64,000 nt of DNA, taken from positions 43,471,544 to 43,535,543 of the forward strand of contig NC_090404.1 in the NCBI RefSeq assembly GCF_036365525.1. Reading direction: 5' to 3'. Position 1 is the first letter of the stretch. The number at the start of each line of letters is the position of its first letter. Below the pieces are notes generated by a model. That model made no database searches, was not told the DNA's origin, and worked only from the letters and a program-made list of their open reading frames with translations. The position numbers and the translations under genes were made by a program. Positions 37,313 to 49,331 of the stretch are shown piece after piece. Source of the DNA: Heterodontus francisci. Taxonomy: Eukaryota.

Positions 37313-40300
37313 CAATTAAGGCTTTAGTGTTACAATATCTACTGCTGTGGACTCAGATATTTGTGGAAGATGTTGAGACCAGGGATAACGAAGAGCAGCT
37401 CGCAGCAGCCAGGAATCACGATCCAGATAACAGAATATTAAACTGCAGCATGCGAAATTGACAAGAGACCCAACAGGCAGATGAATTAGAGAGACCCCTA
37501 CCACCCACACGCTGTGAAGTGGATGGAAGGACAGCAGGAGTTGGTATTAGCTTGGCCAGTGGAGACTGACACTGATGATGTCTAGTGGTGTTCGGAAGTT
37601 TCTCCAGGAACAAAGGTTGATAAGGGGACTTTGGGACAGGACGCATGGCTGCGGATTTCTTCTGCACCCGCTTTAAGTTCCCTGAATTCGGGTTCCAAAT
37701 TCAAGTGGTTCGAGTGGCGAGGTTTGATATGGACGAGGAACAATCCGGTGCCTTTTCAGCTCCTCAGAGACTTGCCACCCCACGACAGTTCACCCAACCC
37801 CAAGGTAATGCGGGGAGAGGGAGGAACATGTGTGGGCGAACAAGGCAACAGCAAGGACATAAAACTTCCATTCTTTATAGTGGTTGGGAAGGGAATGCTA
37901 ACTTTGGTGGTTTGGGGGATTCCTTTCATAACAAAATGAGGGAGAGAGTTACAGGACATGACAAGAAGAAAAGAGATCATGCAGGAGGACATGCAATTAA
38001 AATATTAACAGAGTTTATATCAGACTTTTCCGAAAAAAAGAAACCTTGGCTGCACACTTGGGGCATAAGAAAAGAGCAATAGAAAAGAATTGGGCATTGA
38101 AAAAAAAACACAGCAAGTGCTAAAGGTGCCGTGAGGAAGAAATAGGCAGCAGGATTCTGTGGTTTTATCTTTTCTTTAAATAAGTGGTTTCAATTTTGCT
38201 TTTAGTTTCTTAGAATATGTATTTGTATGGAGAGGTTTCCTGACCTGCAAATGAAAGTCTTACAAGTGTCTTTGTTGTAACTCCTTCTTGATGTCAACAC
38301 CACCCACTGTTCTGTTCACAGAGCGAAAATGCCTTCAATACATTGTCATCTTGTTTTTAAAGTTGGAAGCATTAAGAATTTTAATTTACTTCCTTCCTGT
38401 AAGTGTGCTTGATAATCGCTTGCTCCATCGATGTAGATGCATGTACATTATTTGTAAGATACTCGAGTCATGCATTTGGAATGATAGGGCTTGAGACTTA
38501 GGAATAGCCATAAAATTTAGTAATTTGAGTCTGTAACCCATTATAGGGATCAACATTTCTAAGTTGCATGGAAATATGAAAGTATGAATTTGATTGTTCA
38601 ACATGCTTATTTCAATAAAAGATTGTCTATCCAGAATTGTGGAGAATTTTGGATTACATTTTAAGCTAAAAATGCTGCAGTGAATTTATTTGACTGACCT
38701 TTACCGTTTGCACGATAGAAAATATGGGATTTTAAGAATGGTTTCAAAACTTGCAGAATGGGTTTGAGATGTTGAAGTATTGCAAAAGGCAATTATAGTG
38801 GTTGCCGAGGATGAACTGTCAGGACCCGATTTTAACTCACTCAAAATCGGGCCTGGGAGCCCCCGGCTGGGTCTCCAGTGATCCCTTGACATTTTATTGT
38901 ATATTATTAAACCTCTCCCATATACCATAGAAAAGTATTCAGAACTTTACAGGAGGCAACAGGCCTGGGTGAGGACGCAGACTGCAAATTTGAGATTTTG
39001 AATTAGTAGCACAGATCAGGAATTGAAAATTGGTTTAAGTGAATAAAGGATAAACTAATCTGTGATGGAATCAGGGAGAAAATGAAAAGATTATGTTCCC
39101 TTTCTCCTGCTACAAGATACAGGAGTTTTTGTAGGAGTCCTACAGCCTATGTTTATTTTAAAAAGCCTGTAGGAACGTTTGGAACCCACAAGCTTTGGGA
39201 AGCTCCGCCCTCTTTAACCCTTTTTCTAAGAATGTTGAGGTTTCATTTCACTGTGAAAGCTAACGTTTTCTTCAGTTATATTCAGCATTTCACTGTCATT
39301 TGGAAATCAATGCAAGGAAAGAAAAAAATGACATAATTTACTTTTATTTTAAGCACGTGATTTTATCTTTTATGTAATGTGTTTCCTTAATAAAATATCC
39401 ATTTGGATTAAATTGGAACGATTGAGGATTAATTAACCTGTTAAATTGTGGAAACCATATTTTTATTGTGGCCACTGTGTTATTCTGGTTGTTTTAAATT
39501 GTGTGGTAGGCTTCCTGCATTACAAGAGGAACTACACTTCAAAAAGTACTTCATTGACTGTAAAGTGCTTTGAGACTTCTGGTGGTCGTGAAAGACGCAA
39601 CATAAATACAAGTTTTTTTTTCATTCTGAATATGACACTGTCACTTAAACAATTGCCATTTCTTTGTGAATTCCTGGCTAATGCTAAGGAGTCAGTGATC
39701 TGAGGTGATTCTGATTGTTAAATTATCTTCGTAGTTCTGGAATGTGTGAAGAGGAAAAGGGAACAGGTGGGGATGTTACTGCTATTGAGCAGTATGATAA
39801 CCATCTGAAGACATCTTGTAGTTGGATTGACTACAGAATTGTTTTACAGAATACTTAAATTAGGTAGTGGGCTTGTTAATGATTCATACTGATTTAAACT
39901 GATTTATAGTTCCTAGGGATGGATAAAAATGTAATATTTAAATAAAAGAAGCTGGAATTTATTTTTATATGTAATTACATCAGGATCTTTGTGAAAGCTG
40001 TAAAGCCAAAAAGCCATTGTACAAGTAAAAGATTTTGCATTTTATTTGGCATTTAAAAATACTTGAAAGCTACGAGAAACTGTGTAATACAAGCTGGCAT
40101 TGATTAATGATGCAAAATATATACAGAAAATGCTGGAACTATTCAGCAGATTCAGCATATGTGGAGAGAGAAACAGAGTTTTGAAAACAGAGGGCAGCAT
40201 GTTGAAATGTCAAGTCTGTTCCTCTCCCCACAGACGCTGTCAGAGATGCTGAGTATTGTCTGCATTTTTTGTTTTTATTTCAGATTTCCAGCACCCATAC

Positions 40301-40445
40301 TATTTTGCGTTTGTATTGTTGATAGATGATGTCTAAGTTTGTCTTTCTTTGAAATGCAAAGAAGTTAACTTCACAAGCATTTGTTTATTTTTATTCTTTT
40401 GCTTACCAGTTTTACTTGATTTGCATTTAATTCACCATAATTGAA

Positions 40446-43115
40446 TGTAACTTTATATGGGGATTAGGTGTTGTGTATATATAGTGTTCCAGTTAAGTGG
40501 GCGATGGAGTGGCTTGTTCCCACTGTTCACCTCCCAACTGACCACCGCAAGTGTTTTTATTACCGAAGTAAGGCTCACAGGTCTATAATTACCAGGGCTG
40601 TCTCTACTCCCCTTCTTGAACAAGGGGACAACATTTGCTATCCTCCAGTCTTCCGGCACTATTCCTGTCGACAATGACGACATAAAGATCAAGGACAAAG
40701 GCTCTGCAATCTCCTCCCTAGCTTCCCAGAGAATCCTAGGATAAATCCCATCTGGCCCAGGGGACTTATCTATTTTCACACTTTCCAAAATTGCTAACAC
40801 CTCCTCCTTGTGAACCTCAATCCCATCTAGCCTCGTAGCCTGAATCTCAGTATTCTCAACAACATTTTCTTTCTCTACTGTAAATACTGACGCAAGATAT
40901 TCATTTAACACTTCCCCTATCTCCTCTGATTCCACACACAACTTCCCACTATTATCCTTGATTGGCCCTAATCTAACTCTAGTCATTCTTTTATTCCTGA
41001 TATACCTATAGAAAGCCTTAGGGTTTTCCCTGATCCGATCCACCAGTGACTTCTCGTGTCCTCTCCTTGCTCTTCTTAGCTCTCCCTTTAGATCCTTCCT
41101 GGCTATCTTGTAGCTCTCAAGCGCCCTAACTGAGCCTTCACGTCTCATCCTAACATAAGCCTTCTTCTTCCTCTTGACAAGCGCTTCAACTTCTTTAGTA
41201 AACCACGGCTCCCTCGCACGACAACTTCCTCCCTGCCTCACAGGTACATACTTATCAAGGACACGCAGTAGCTGCTCCTTGAATAAGCTCCACATTTCGA
41301 TTGTTCCCATCCCCTGCAGTTTCCTTTCCCATCCTACGCATCCTAAATCTTGCCTAATCGTATCATAATTTCCTTTCCCCCAGTTATAATTCTTGCCCTG
41401 TGGTATATACCTGTCCCTGCCCATCGCTAAGGTAAACCTAACCGAATTGTGATCACTGTCACCAAAGTGCTCACCTACATCTAAATCTAACACCTGGCCG
41501 GCTTCATTTCCCAGTACCAAATCCAATGTGGCATCGCCCCTGGTTGGCCTGTCTACATACTGTGTCAGAAAACCCTCCTGCACACACTGGACAAAAACTG
41601 ACCCATCTAAAGTACTCGAACTATAGTATTTCCAGTCGATATTTGGAAAGTTAAAGTCCCCCATAACAACTACCCTGTTACTCTCACCCCTGTCGAGAAT
41701 CATCTTCGCTATCCTTTCCTCTACATCTCTGGAACTATTCGGAGGTCTATAAAAGACTCCCAACAGGGTAAGCTCACCTCTCCTGTTTCTAACCTCAGCC
41801 CATACTACCTCAGTAGACGAGTCCTCAAACGTCCTTTCTGTCGCTGTAATACTCTCCTTGATTAACAATGCCACACCCCCCCCCCCCCTTTTACCATCTT
41901 CTCTGTTCTTACTGAAACATCTAAATCCCGGAATCTGCAACATCCATTCCTGCCCCTGCTCTACCCATGTCTCCGAAATGGCCACTACATCGAGATACCA
42001 GGTACCAACCCATGCTGCAAGCTCACCCACCTTATTCCGGATGCTCCTGGCGTTGAAATAGACACACTTTAAACCAGGTTCTTGCTTGCCAGTGCCCTCT
42101 TGCGTCCTTGTAACCATATCCCTGACCTCACTACTCTCAACATCCTGTACACTGGCACTACAATTTGGGTTCCCATTCCCCTGCTGAATTAGTTTAAACC
42201 CCCCCGAAGAGCACTAGCAAACCTTCCCCCCCCCCCCCGCCCCCCAGGATATTGGTACCCCTCTGGTTCAGGTGAAGACCATCCTGTTTGTAGAGGTCCC
42301 ACCTACCCCAGAAAGAGCCCCAATTATCCAGGAAACCAAATCCCTCCCTCCTGCACCATCCCTGCAGCCACGTGTTCAACTCCTCTCTCTCCCTATTCCT
42401 CGCTTCGCTATCACGTGGCACGGGCAACAACCCAGAGATAACAACTCTGTTTGTTCTTGCTCTAAGCTTCCACCCTAGCTCCCTAGTTCATGATACACTT
42501 GTTGAATCTTCTTGAAGGAAAGTATCTTTAAAGTTACAGGCTTGGGTGTTTGTAGTTTTCTGGTGGTTTAGACTTTAGGCTGGATGTGCTGGCCACTTTC
42601 AGTTCTCTGCTGCAACCAGTTGAAGAGCAGAATTCGCAGTCGGGCTCTTTCCTTGTTTTTTGCTGGTCATCTTTTCACAGACCTTGGCCGAACTGCTTTT
42701 CTGTGATGTTCTCATGATCTCTCACCCTTCGCCCTCCACAGAGCCACCTTTCCAAGGTACGAATCTCTCACATTAACCTCGGTTCGAAGACTCATGACTC
42801 CCTCCCCGCTGTGACCACACAATGCGCCAGTATGTGGCGACTTCATACCTTTTTCGTTTCAGAAGAACCCATTCAATTCAAGAATGTCACTTGATGTTTT
42901 TGGGACACCTCTTAGCCTGGAATGTATTCTTTTGTCCTTAACAAACAGTGAGGGCTTGAATAACCAGGCCAAGTCAGCTGACCTTCGGCGGCCATTTTGC
43001 AGTGCATTGTCCACTTATTAAAAGAAAAGCCATTTTTTATAACTTTTCAATTTGATTCTGTATTTTCATCGTTGCAATTCTCGTGAAAGTTGCAATAGTT
43101 TAAGTACTTGTAACG
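40446..43115. mobile_element. LTR-like repeat split by the CR1 fragment (arms ~40446-40559 and ~42486-43115)
   Basis: TGTAAC start and GTAAC(G) end, non-coding; loosely similar in layout to the 5366-6270 repeat. Confidence 0.35.
40560..42485 (-). mobile_element. Young CR1 internal fragment: ORF1 esterase C-terminus plus uninterrupted ORF2 APE endonuclease/linker, no RT
   Basis: ORF 40453-42117 (554 aa): YFNARSIRNK, VAISETW, GGGVAL, FYRPP, MGDFN, LDLVL, SDH, ending at NYRPVSLTSV; ORF 42194-42430 carries DGLHLN (SGNH esterase of CR1 ORF1). Confidence 0.95.
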
Positions 43116-45711
43116 GTTTTGGTGGCACTAATGACCAGATACAATAAGTATATGCGTCTGCAAGTTGACTATTATTGCGATAATAAATCCTTTCTAATTA
43201 TGCGGTGTGGTTATTTGCAATTATATCTGCACAAAGTGGTCATAGACCAACAGAATTTAAAATGGTATCTGGGGAACCCGAGTGTGCAGCAACCCTAATT
43301 GTGCCATTTGGAAGAAAGGAATGTGGAAGTAGAGAACAGTGTTTCAACCGTTGAGTATTTGAATCAAGCAATTATCAACATCACACATGAGGATGTCTAT
43401 ACAACTTTAAATCAGATTGGACATGTCAGCTGGTCAGAGTCTTTGTTCGGATGCAAACCGACAGCTACAACTGTGATGAACATAATAACACAACGGGTGC
43501 TGTTTCAGTCAATTATGTTTGTAATTTTAATTTACTACAAATGACGTGTTTGAAAACATGGATGACAACTGGCTAATCATTTTGAACGGGCCAAAATGAC
43601 AGTATAAATGTTACCCAGATAATTGCTGCTGGAAAGGTCGGAAAAGAATTGGCAGAGTATGAGAACGAGAATGAGAACGAGCTATTTGAATAGCTTCATG
43701 TCCTGTACAGCGTGTAGGACGATCACACATTTAAGTAAAACCATCGCACATTGAGCTAAACAACGTTCTGCTGAACATGGCACTGAAAGGCTGAATATGA
43801 GATTGTAAGCCTTGTACTGTATAAGGGGGCGCAGAGAACGGACATCTCCCACAAATAAAGGGGATAATGCAATGTCTGAAAGTAAGCACTCAGAATTTAT
43901 GTAATCATCTGCAGCATGCTATCTGATCACTGATGCCTATGAGAAAAAGCACTGAGCTAATTAAGACAATGTAACTATGATACTGGGATAGTTGAAAGGA
44001 ATTGAATTAAGTGTGAGTAAATCACTGCAGGGGCCATTCTACTGGGATGGTGAAGTGTGATGTCTCAATAACGACTTGATCTTTCACTTGTATAACTACA
44101 AGTGTGGGTCCACTTTTCTGTTAGCGAGTTGCTGTCTATCAAGTCCGTATCTACTACAGTTTACTTTCAGTGTCAATTATGTGTATTGCATTTCATATGT
44201 TGTAATCCTGTCCACGATAATATATTATTTAAAATATTCGTGTAACCCACGGGTTGTGCATTTAGATTGTTCCTTTAATCTGCAATTTGGAAGTTATATT
44301 ATTTTCTGAATTGGGACCATGTGTAAAATGTAACAATACCTGACTCCCAGCCTTAGGGCACTCCACTCATCTTCTAGACCTTAAATCAGACACAAACTCG
44401 CACCAGCTACTTACCCTCTGTCAACAAATTGCTTCCTCATCTTCTGGTTTACCGATGACAACAACGGAAAATAAAGCTGAGACAGATGTTAAACAGGCTG
44501 CCGGATTGTTACTACCCAAGCTTCAATCAACAATAATGGGGAAAAAACCCTTCCCTTGGTGTTTTAATTCAGTGCCACAGCCTTTGCTGTGGACTTCATG
44601 GAAAGCTCTGCGGACGTCGAGTATAGTATAGTATTAGTATATTTAGCAGATTTAATTCCATTGAATGCATTGCAGTAAATACTAGGTGCTGTGTATAATG
44701 AGCGGTCAGTCCAATAGTGCCCGTTTCGTGCCACATCCTGACATGAACTCCTACCTCCCAGAGTGTCACCAGAACAGTTTTCTGAAATGTCGAGGACAGG
44801 GCGCAGGCCATATTAGATTTAGTGATGAACAACAAGCCAAAATTAACTAAGAAACGGTCATTGGAAATCTTATCAATGGCTTTAGTGACCACAATACGAT
44901 AGCTTTTGATATTAAGTTTCAGGAGAAAGATGTGGCATAAACCAAGGTTTTAACTTTAAGTCAGTCTGAAATCAGAGGAATGTGGAGGGCTAAGCTCTTA
45001 ATGGGCAAACCTGCAGAAAAAATGGGAAGCATTCAGACAAAGATTTAGAACAATAAAAGATCAATATATACCCCGAATGAGCAACCTTCCACTTACATTG
45101 TGTAATAATCATGGCCAACATATGAGTTAAGACACAGTATAAAAGTAAAGGAAGCTGTGAACACAAATGTCAAGAGAAATGGCAATCAGGAGGATTGGAT
45201 GGAATATAGAAAACAACACAAGGACACAAAGAAAATATTAAAAGCCGCAAGATGGAAATACGAAAACACTTGCAAATTTTATATAGGCAAATAAAAATGC
45301 TTGTCTTTATAAATATGTTAAGTGTAAGGGAGTGGCTGAGTGAGATATGGACTAATTAAAGACAGACACAGGTGATTCTGTAATAGACAAGAAGGTAAGG
45401 ATCTATTTATTAAACAAGTACATTGTGACAGTTTTCATGGTCGAGGAAGAGGGTAAAATACCAGCGAGAGAAGGGAACGAAAATAAATCAAGTGAGAACT
45501 TTACTACATTCAGTAATGGTCAAATGATGGTAATTGTGAAAATAATGGAACTTAAGATAAATACATCTCCGACACCTGAAGTTTTCCATCCCAGTGTATT
45601 AAAATAAGTAGCTGAGAACATTGCAGAGGGTCAGATACATCTTCTCAAAGTTATCATCATCTAGGAATTGTGCCGTTAGACAGGAAAATTGCAAATTTCA
45701 CTCTGTTAAGA

Positions 45712-46120
45712 GTGTCAGCCTCAGTTGGTAGCACTCTCATCACCCAGAGTTGAACATAGAAATCTAGGCTGACACGCCAGTGCAGTACTGAGGGAGTGCT
45801 ACACTGTTGGAGGTGCTTTATTTGGATGAAATATTAAACCAAGGCCCTGTCTGTCCTTTCAGGTGGATGTGAAAGATGCCAGGACATGATTTCTAAGATG
45901 TACAGCAGGGAAGTTATCCCCTGTGTCCTGGCCAATATTTGTCCTTCATTCATCACAAAATGTAGACAACCTGATCATTATCACATTGCTGTTTGTGGGA
46001 GCTCGCTGTATGCAAACTGTCTGCTACTTTCCCAACATTGCAACACAGCAACAGTTCTCCATTGGCTGTTGAGGCGTCCTGAGGTGGTGAAAGGTTCTCG
46101 ATAAATTCAAGTCTGTCTGT
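45712..46120 (+). mobile_element. DeuSINE-like SINE
   Basis: CCAGTGCAGTACTGAGGGAGTGCT...TTAAACC.AGGCCC...CAGGTGGA.GT.AAAGAT...GTCCTGGCCAATATTT...CATTGCTGTTTGTGGGAGC core and tail. Confidence 0.85.
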
Positions 46121-46432
46121 CTGTCTTTCACTCACTCACTCACTCACTCATCTCGAGCCGTGGTGCAAAACGGGCGATTTGAATGGCTGTTCCTTGCATG
46201 CAACACCTAAAATTCAGTTCCATTGACTGGCTGGTATAGCTCCGGTATTGCGCTACAACCCGCTATAAAATTCTACCACTAAGTATCTACAGGCCTGTCA
46301 GATATCCGTTACTTTTGTGGAAGCTGCAACAATTTATTATCAGGGCCAGAATGACTGAATACCTGAACAAATAGCAGCTCATCAGAGAGGGAACCAACTT
46401 GGCTTTATCAAGGTTAAGTCTTGTCTGAATAA

Positions 46433-46769
46433 TTTATTTTATTTTATTTAGAGATACAGCACTGAAAAAGGCCCTTCGGCCCACCTAGTCTGTGCCTACC
46501 AACATCCACCCATTTATACTAATCCTACATTAATCACATATCCCCAATCACATCTCCAGTATTCTCCTACCACTTACCTGCACTAGGAGCAATTTACAAT
46601 GGCCAATTTACTTATCAACCTGCAAGTGGGAGGAAAACAGAGCACCCGGCAAAAATCCCACGCGGCCACAGAAAGAACTTGCAAACTCCGCATAAGCAGT
46701 ACCCAGAACTGAACCCAGGTCGCTGGAGCTGTGAGACTGCAGCGCTAACCGCTGCGCCACTGTGCCAAC
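46433..46769 (-). mobile_element. V-SINE (HE1-like)
   Basis: Reverse complement of the 9688 copy, from tail TTTATTTAGAGATACAGC to head GCGCCACTGTGCC. Confidence 0.9.
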
Positions 46770-46919
46770 CAGCTGATATCCTGTCTAGTTGATATTTTTT
46801 GATAAGGCGGATAAGGGAAATGTCTATGGATATTACCTGAATGGATTTCCCGTAAGCATTCGAGAAGGTTCTGCATATGGAATTGGAGTAGCCTTTTGAC
46901 ATAGATTGAAAATTAGTTT

Positions 46920-49090
46920 CCTCATTTCGCCTCTCGTTCTTTTGTCAATCATCTGATATATTTCCCATGGTTACTGATCGTTTTAACATTGGAAACACTT
47001 TCTTCTTATTTACTCTACCAAAACCTTTCATGATTTTGAACACTCTAACAAATCGCCTCTTCACCTTTTCTGCTGCAGACAGAACAATTCGACGTTTCCA
47101 ATGCCTCAACATTACTGCAATCTCTCATGCATGGTATTGTACTGTCTACAAGGCGTTGACATCCTTCCTAAAATGTGGTGACCACAATTGAACAGAATAG
47201 TCCAGCTGAGGCCTAACCAGTAATTTATAAATGTTTTGCACAACTTCCTTGACTTCTATTCTATTCTTCCATTAATAAAGCCAAGACCAGATATACATTT
47301 TAACATTTTTAACATGTCCTGCCTACCTTCAAAGATTTGTTTAGATACAACCCCAGGTCTCTTTGTACCTTCTCCCTTTTAATATTGTACCATTAATTGC
47401 ATATGACCTCTCATTCTTTCTATCACTTTGTGTCACTTTATACTCTTCTGCATTAAATTTCATCTGTCATGTCTCTGCCAATTTCACCAGTCTGTTTATG
47501 TTCTTTTGATTTCCACTATTATCCTACTCATTGTTTGCTGCATTCCAAGTTTCATTTCATCTTGAAAATTACACCCTGGAAAACACCAAATATTATATTA
47601 TATGTGTGTGATATATATATATCTATATATACTTCCTAATATCGATTCCTTCTTCCAGTATATATATAGAAAAACAGCCATTCACCGATACCCTCTGCTT
47701 TCTGCCACTTCACAAAATCTGTACCCATGCTGCCACTATCTCTTTAATCCAGGAGTTTCAATTTTGCTAACAAATCTCTTATGTGGTAATTTGTCAAACA
47801 TCTTTTGAAAGCAAATATACACAAAATGAACCACAGTACCCTCATCAACGTCTCTGTTACTTCATCAAATAACTCAATTCTGTCAATGAAACACGATTTG
47901 TCTTTAACAGATCGTTGCTGCCTTTAATTTACTAGACTATAACTTTCAAATATGAATTAGGTTTGTCCTGGATAATTGTCTGTAAAGGTTTTTCCACTAC
48001 CGATGTTACACTGAAGGGCCTGTTGTTGCTGGGTTTATCCCTCTCCCCTTTCTTTAAACAGGAGTATAACATTTGCAACACTCCAATCCTCTGGCACTAC
48101 CGCAATATCCAAAAGTATAGGAAGATTGTGGCCAGAGCTTCCACAATTTCCAACCCAAGATGCATTCTCATCCGGATAGAGTGACTTTTATACTTCGAGG
48201 ATTGCCACCATGTAAAGTACATCCCCCTTATCTAATATTTCCTATCCAACATCACTACTGCCTCCTCCCTTATAGATTGACAGGTTCTTCTCTATTGAAG
48301 ACAATTGCAAAGTATTCATTAATTACCTTAACCATGCCCTCTGCCTCTCTAACCAGCCTCACCATTCCTTTGACTATCATTTGACTGTTTGGGTTTATAA
48401 AAGATATTTGGGTCCCCTTTTATGTTAATCGCTAATGATACTGGCCTGCCTTTCTCCCCTTTTTAGATTCCCCTGTAATTTCTATATTCAGCTTCATTCC
48501 CCACTTACTTTGAACATTACATTTGCCACAAGTGCTCGTTTTCTGTCTCATTTTAACCTCTATATCTTTGTTCATCCAGAGGACTCCAATTTTTTTTCCA
48601 CTTCCTTTCTCCCTAATGGAATATACCAACTCTTTGAAGGCCTCTCATTGTTCAATTGCTGTTTTGCCTGCTCGCTTTTAATTCAGATCAACAAAGGGCC
48701 GCTTTTCAATTCATTGAAATTAGCCCACCTCCAGTTGAGTATTTTATACTTTATTATTCATTGTCCTTTTCCACAAATATTCTAAACCTTATGATATTGT
48801 GACCACTGATCCACTACTGCTCTCCCACTGAAACATGCTCCACTTGCCCCATTTCTTGTCAAAGAACCAGTTGCAACGCTGCTTCTTCCTTGTTGAGTTG
48901 AAAATACAGTAATCAAGAAAGTTCTCTTGCACACATTTCATAAATTCCTCGCCCTCTTTATCCGTTATATTGTTACTATCCCAGTCTATATTAGGCGATT
49001 TAACGACCTCTTGCTCTCCATTCAGTAGTACTTGCATGGTTTTGTAATTGCCTGAAAATTTGCTCTGAATGTTGGAAAGCATGGAAAATT
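46920..49090 (-). mobile_element. Old CR1 LINE, long degenerate copy
   Basis: Scattered EN motifs (PNIDWD, FMKCVQENFL) and RT-region remnants on the minus strand. Confidence 0.75.
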
Positions 49091-49331
49091 AGGAACTGTA
49101 GAGATTTGGGAGTCAAGCATAGAATTAAAACAAAAGTTATTAGACAGGTGGAGAAAACACTTAAACTAGTTAATAGAACATTGGCCATTTCTCAACAGGG
49201 CTGAAATATAAAGGGGTGGGGAGAAGACATTATTCCTTAGTTTTACAGACCCTTGCAGGAAGTATTGGTGCACCGGGGAGAATAGCTATAGTAAGCGTTT
49301 AAAATACATATCCACATATTACTACTCATTG

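Larger units (their letters stand above)
44920..46910 (+). mobile_element. Old CR1 fragments interrupted by SINEs
   Basis: Degenerate ORF2 motifs (FYKYVK, GIVPLDRKIANFT, YRPV, GFIKVKSCLNN, MDITxMDF..AFEKV). Confidence 0.6.
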
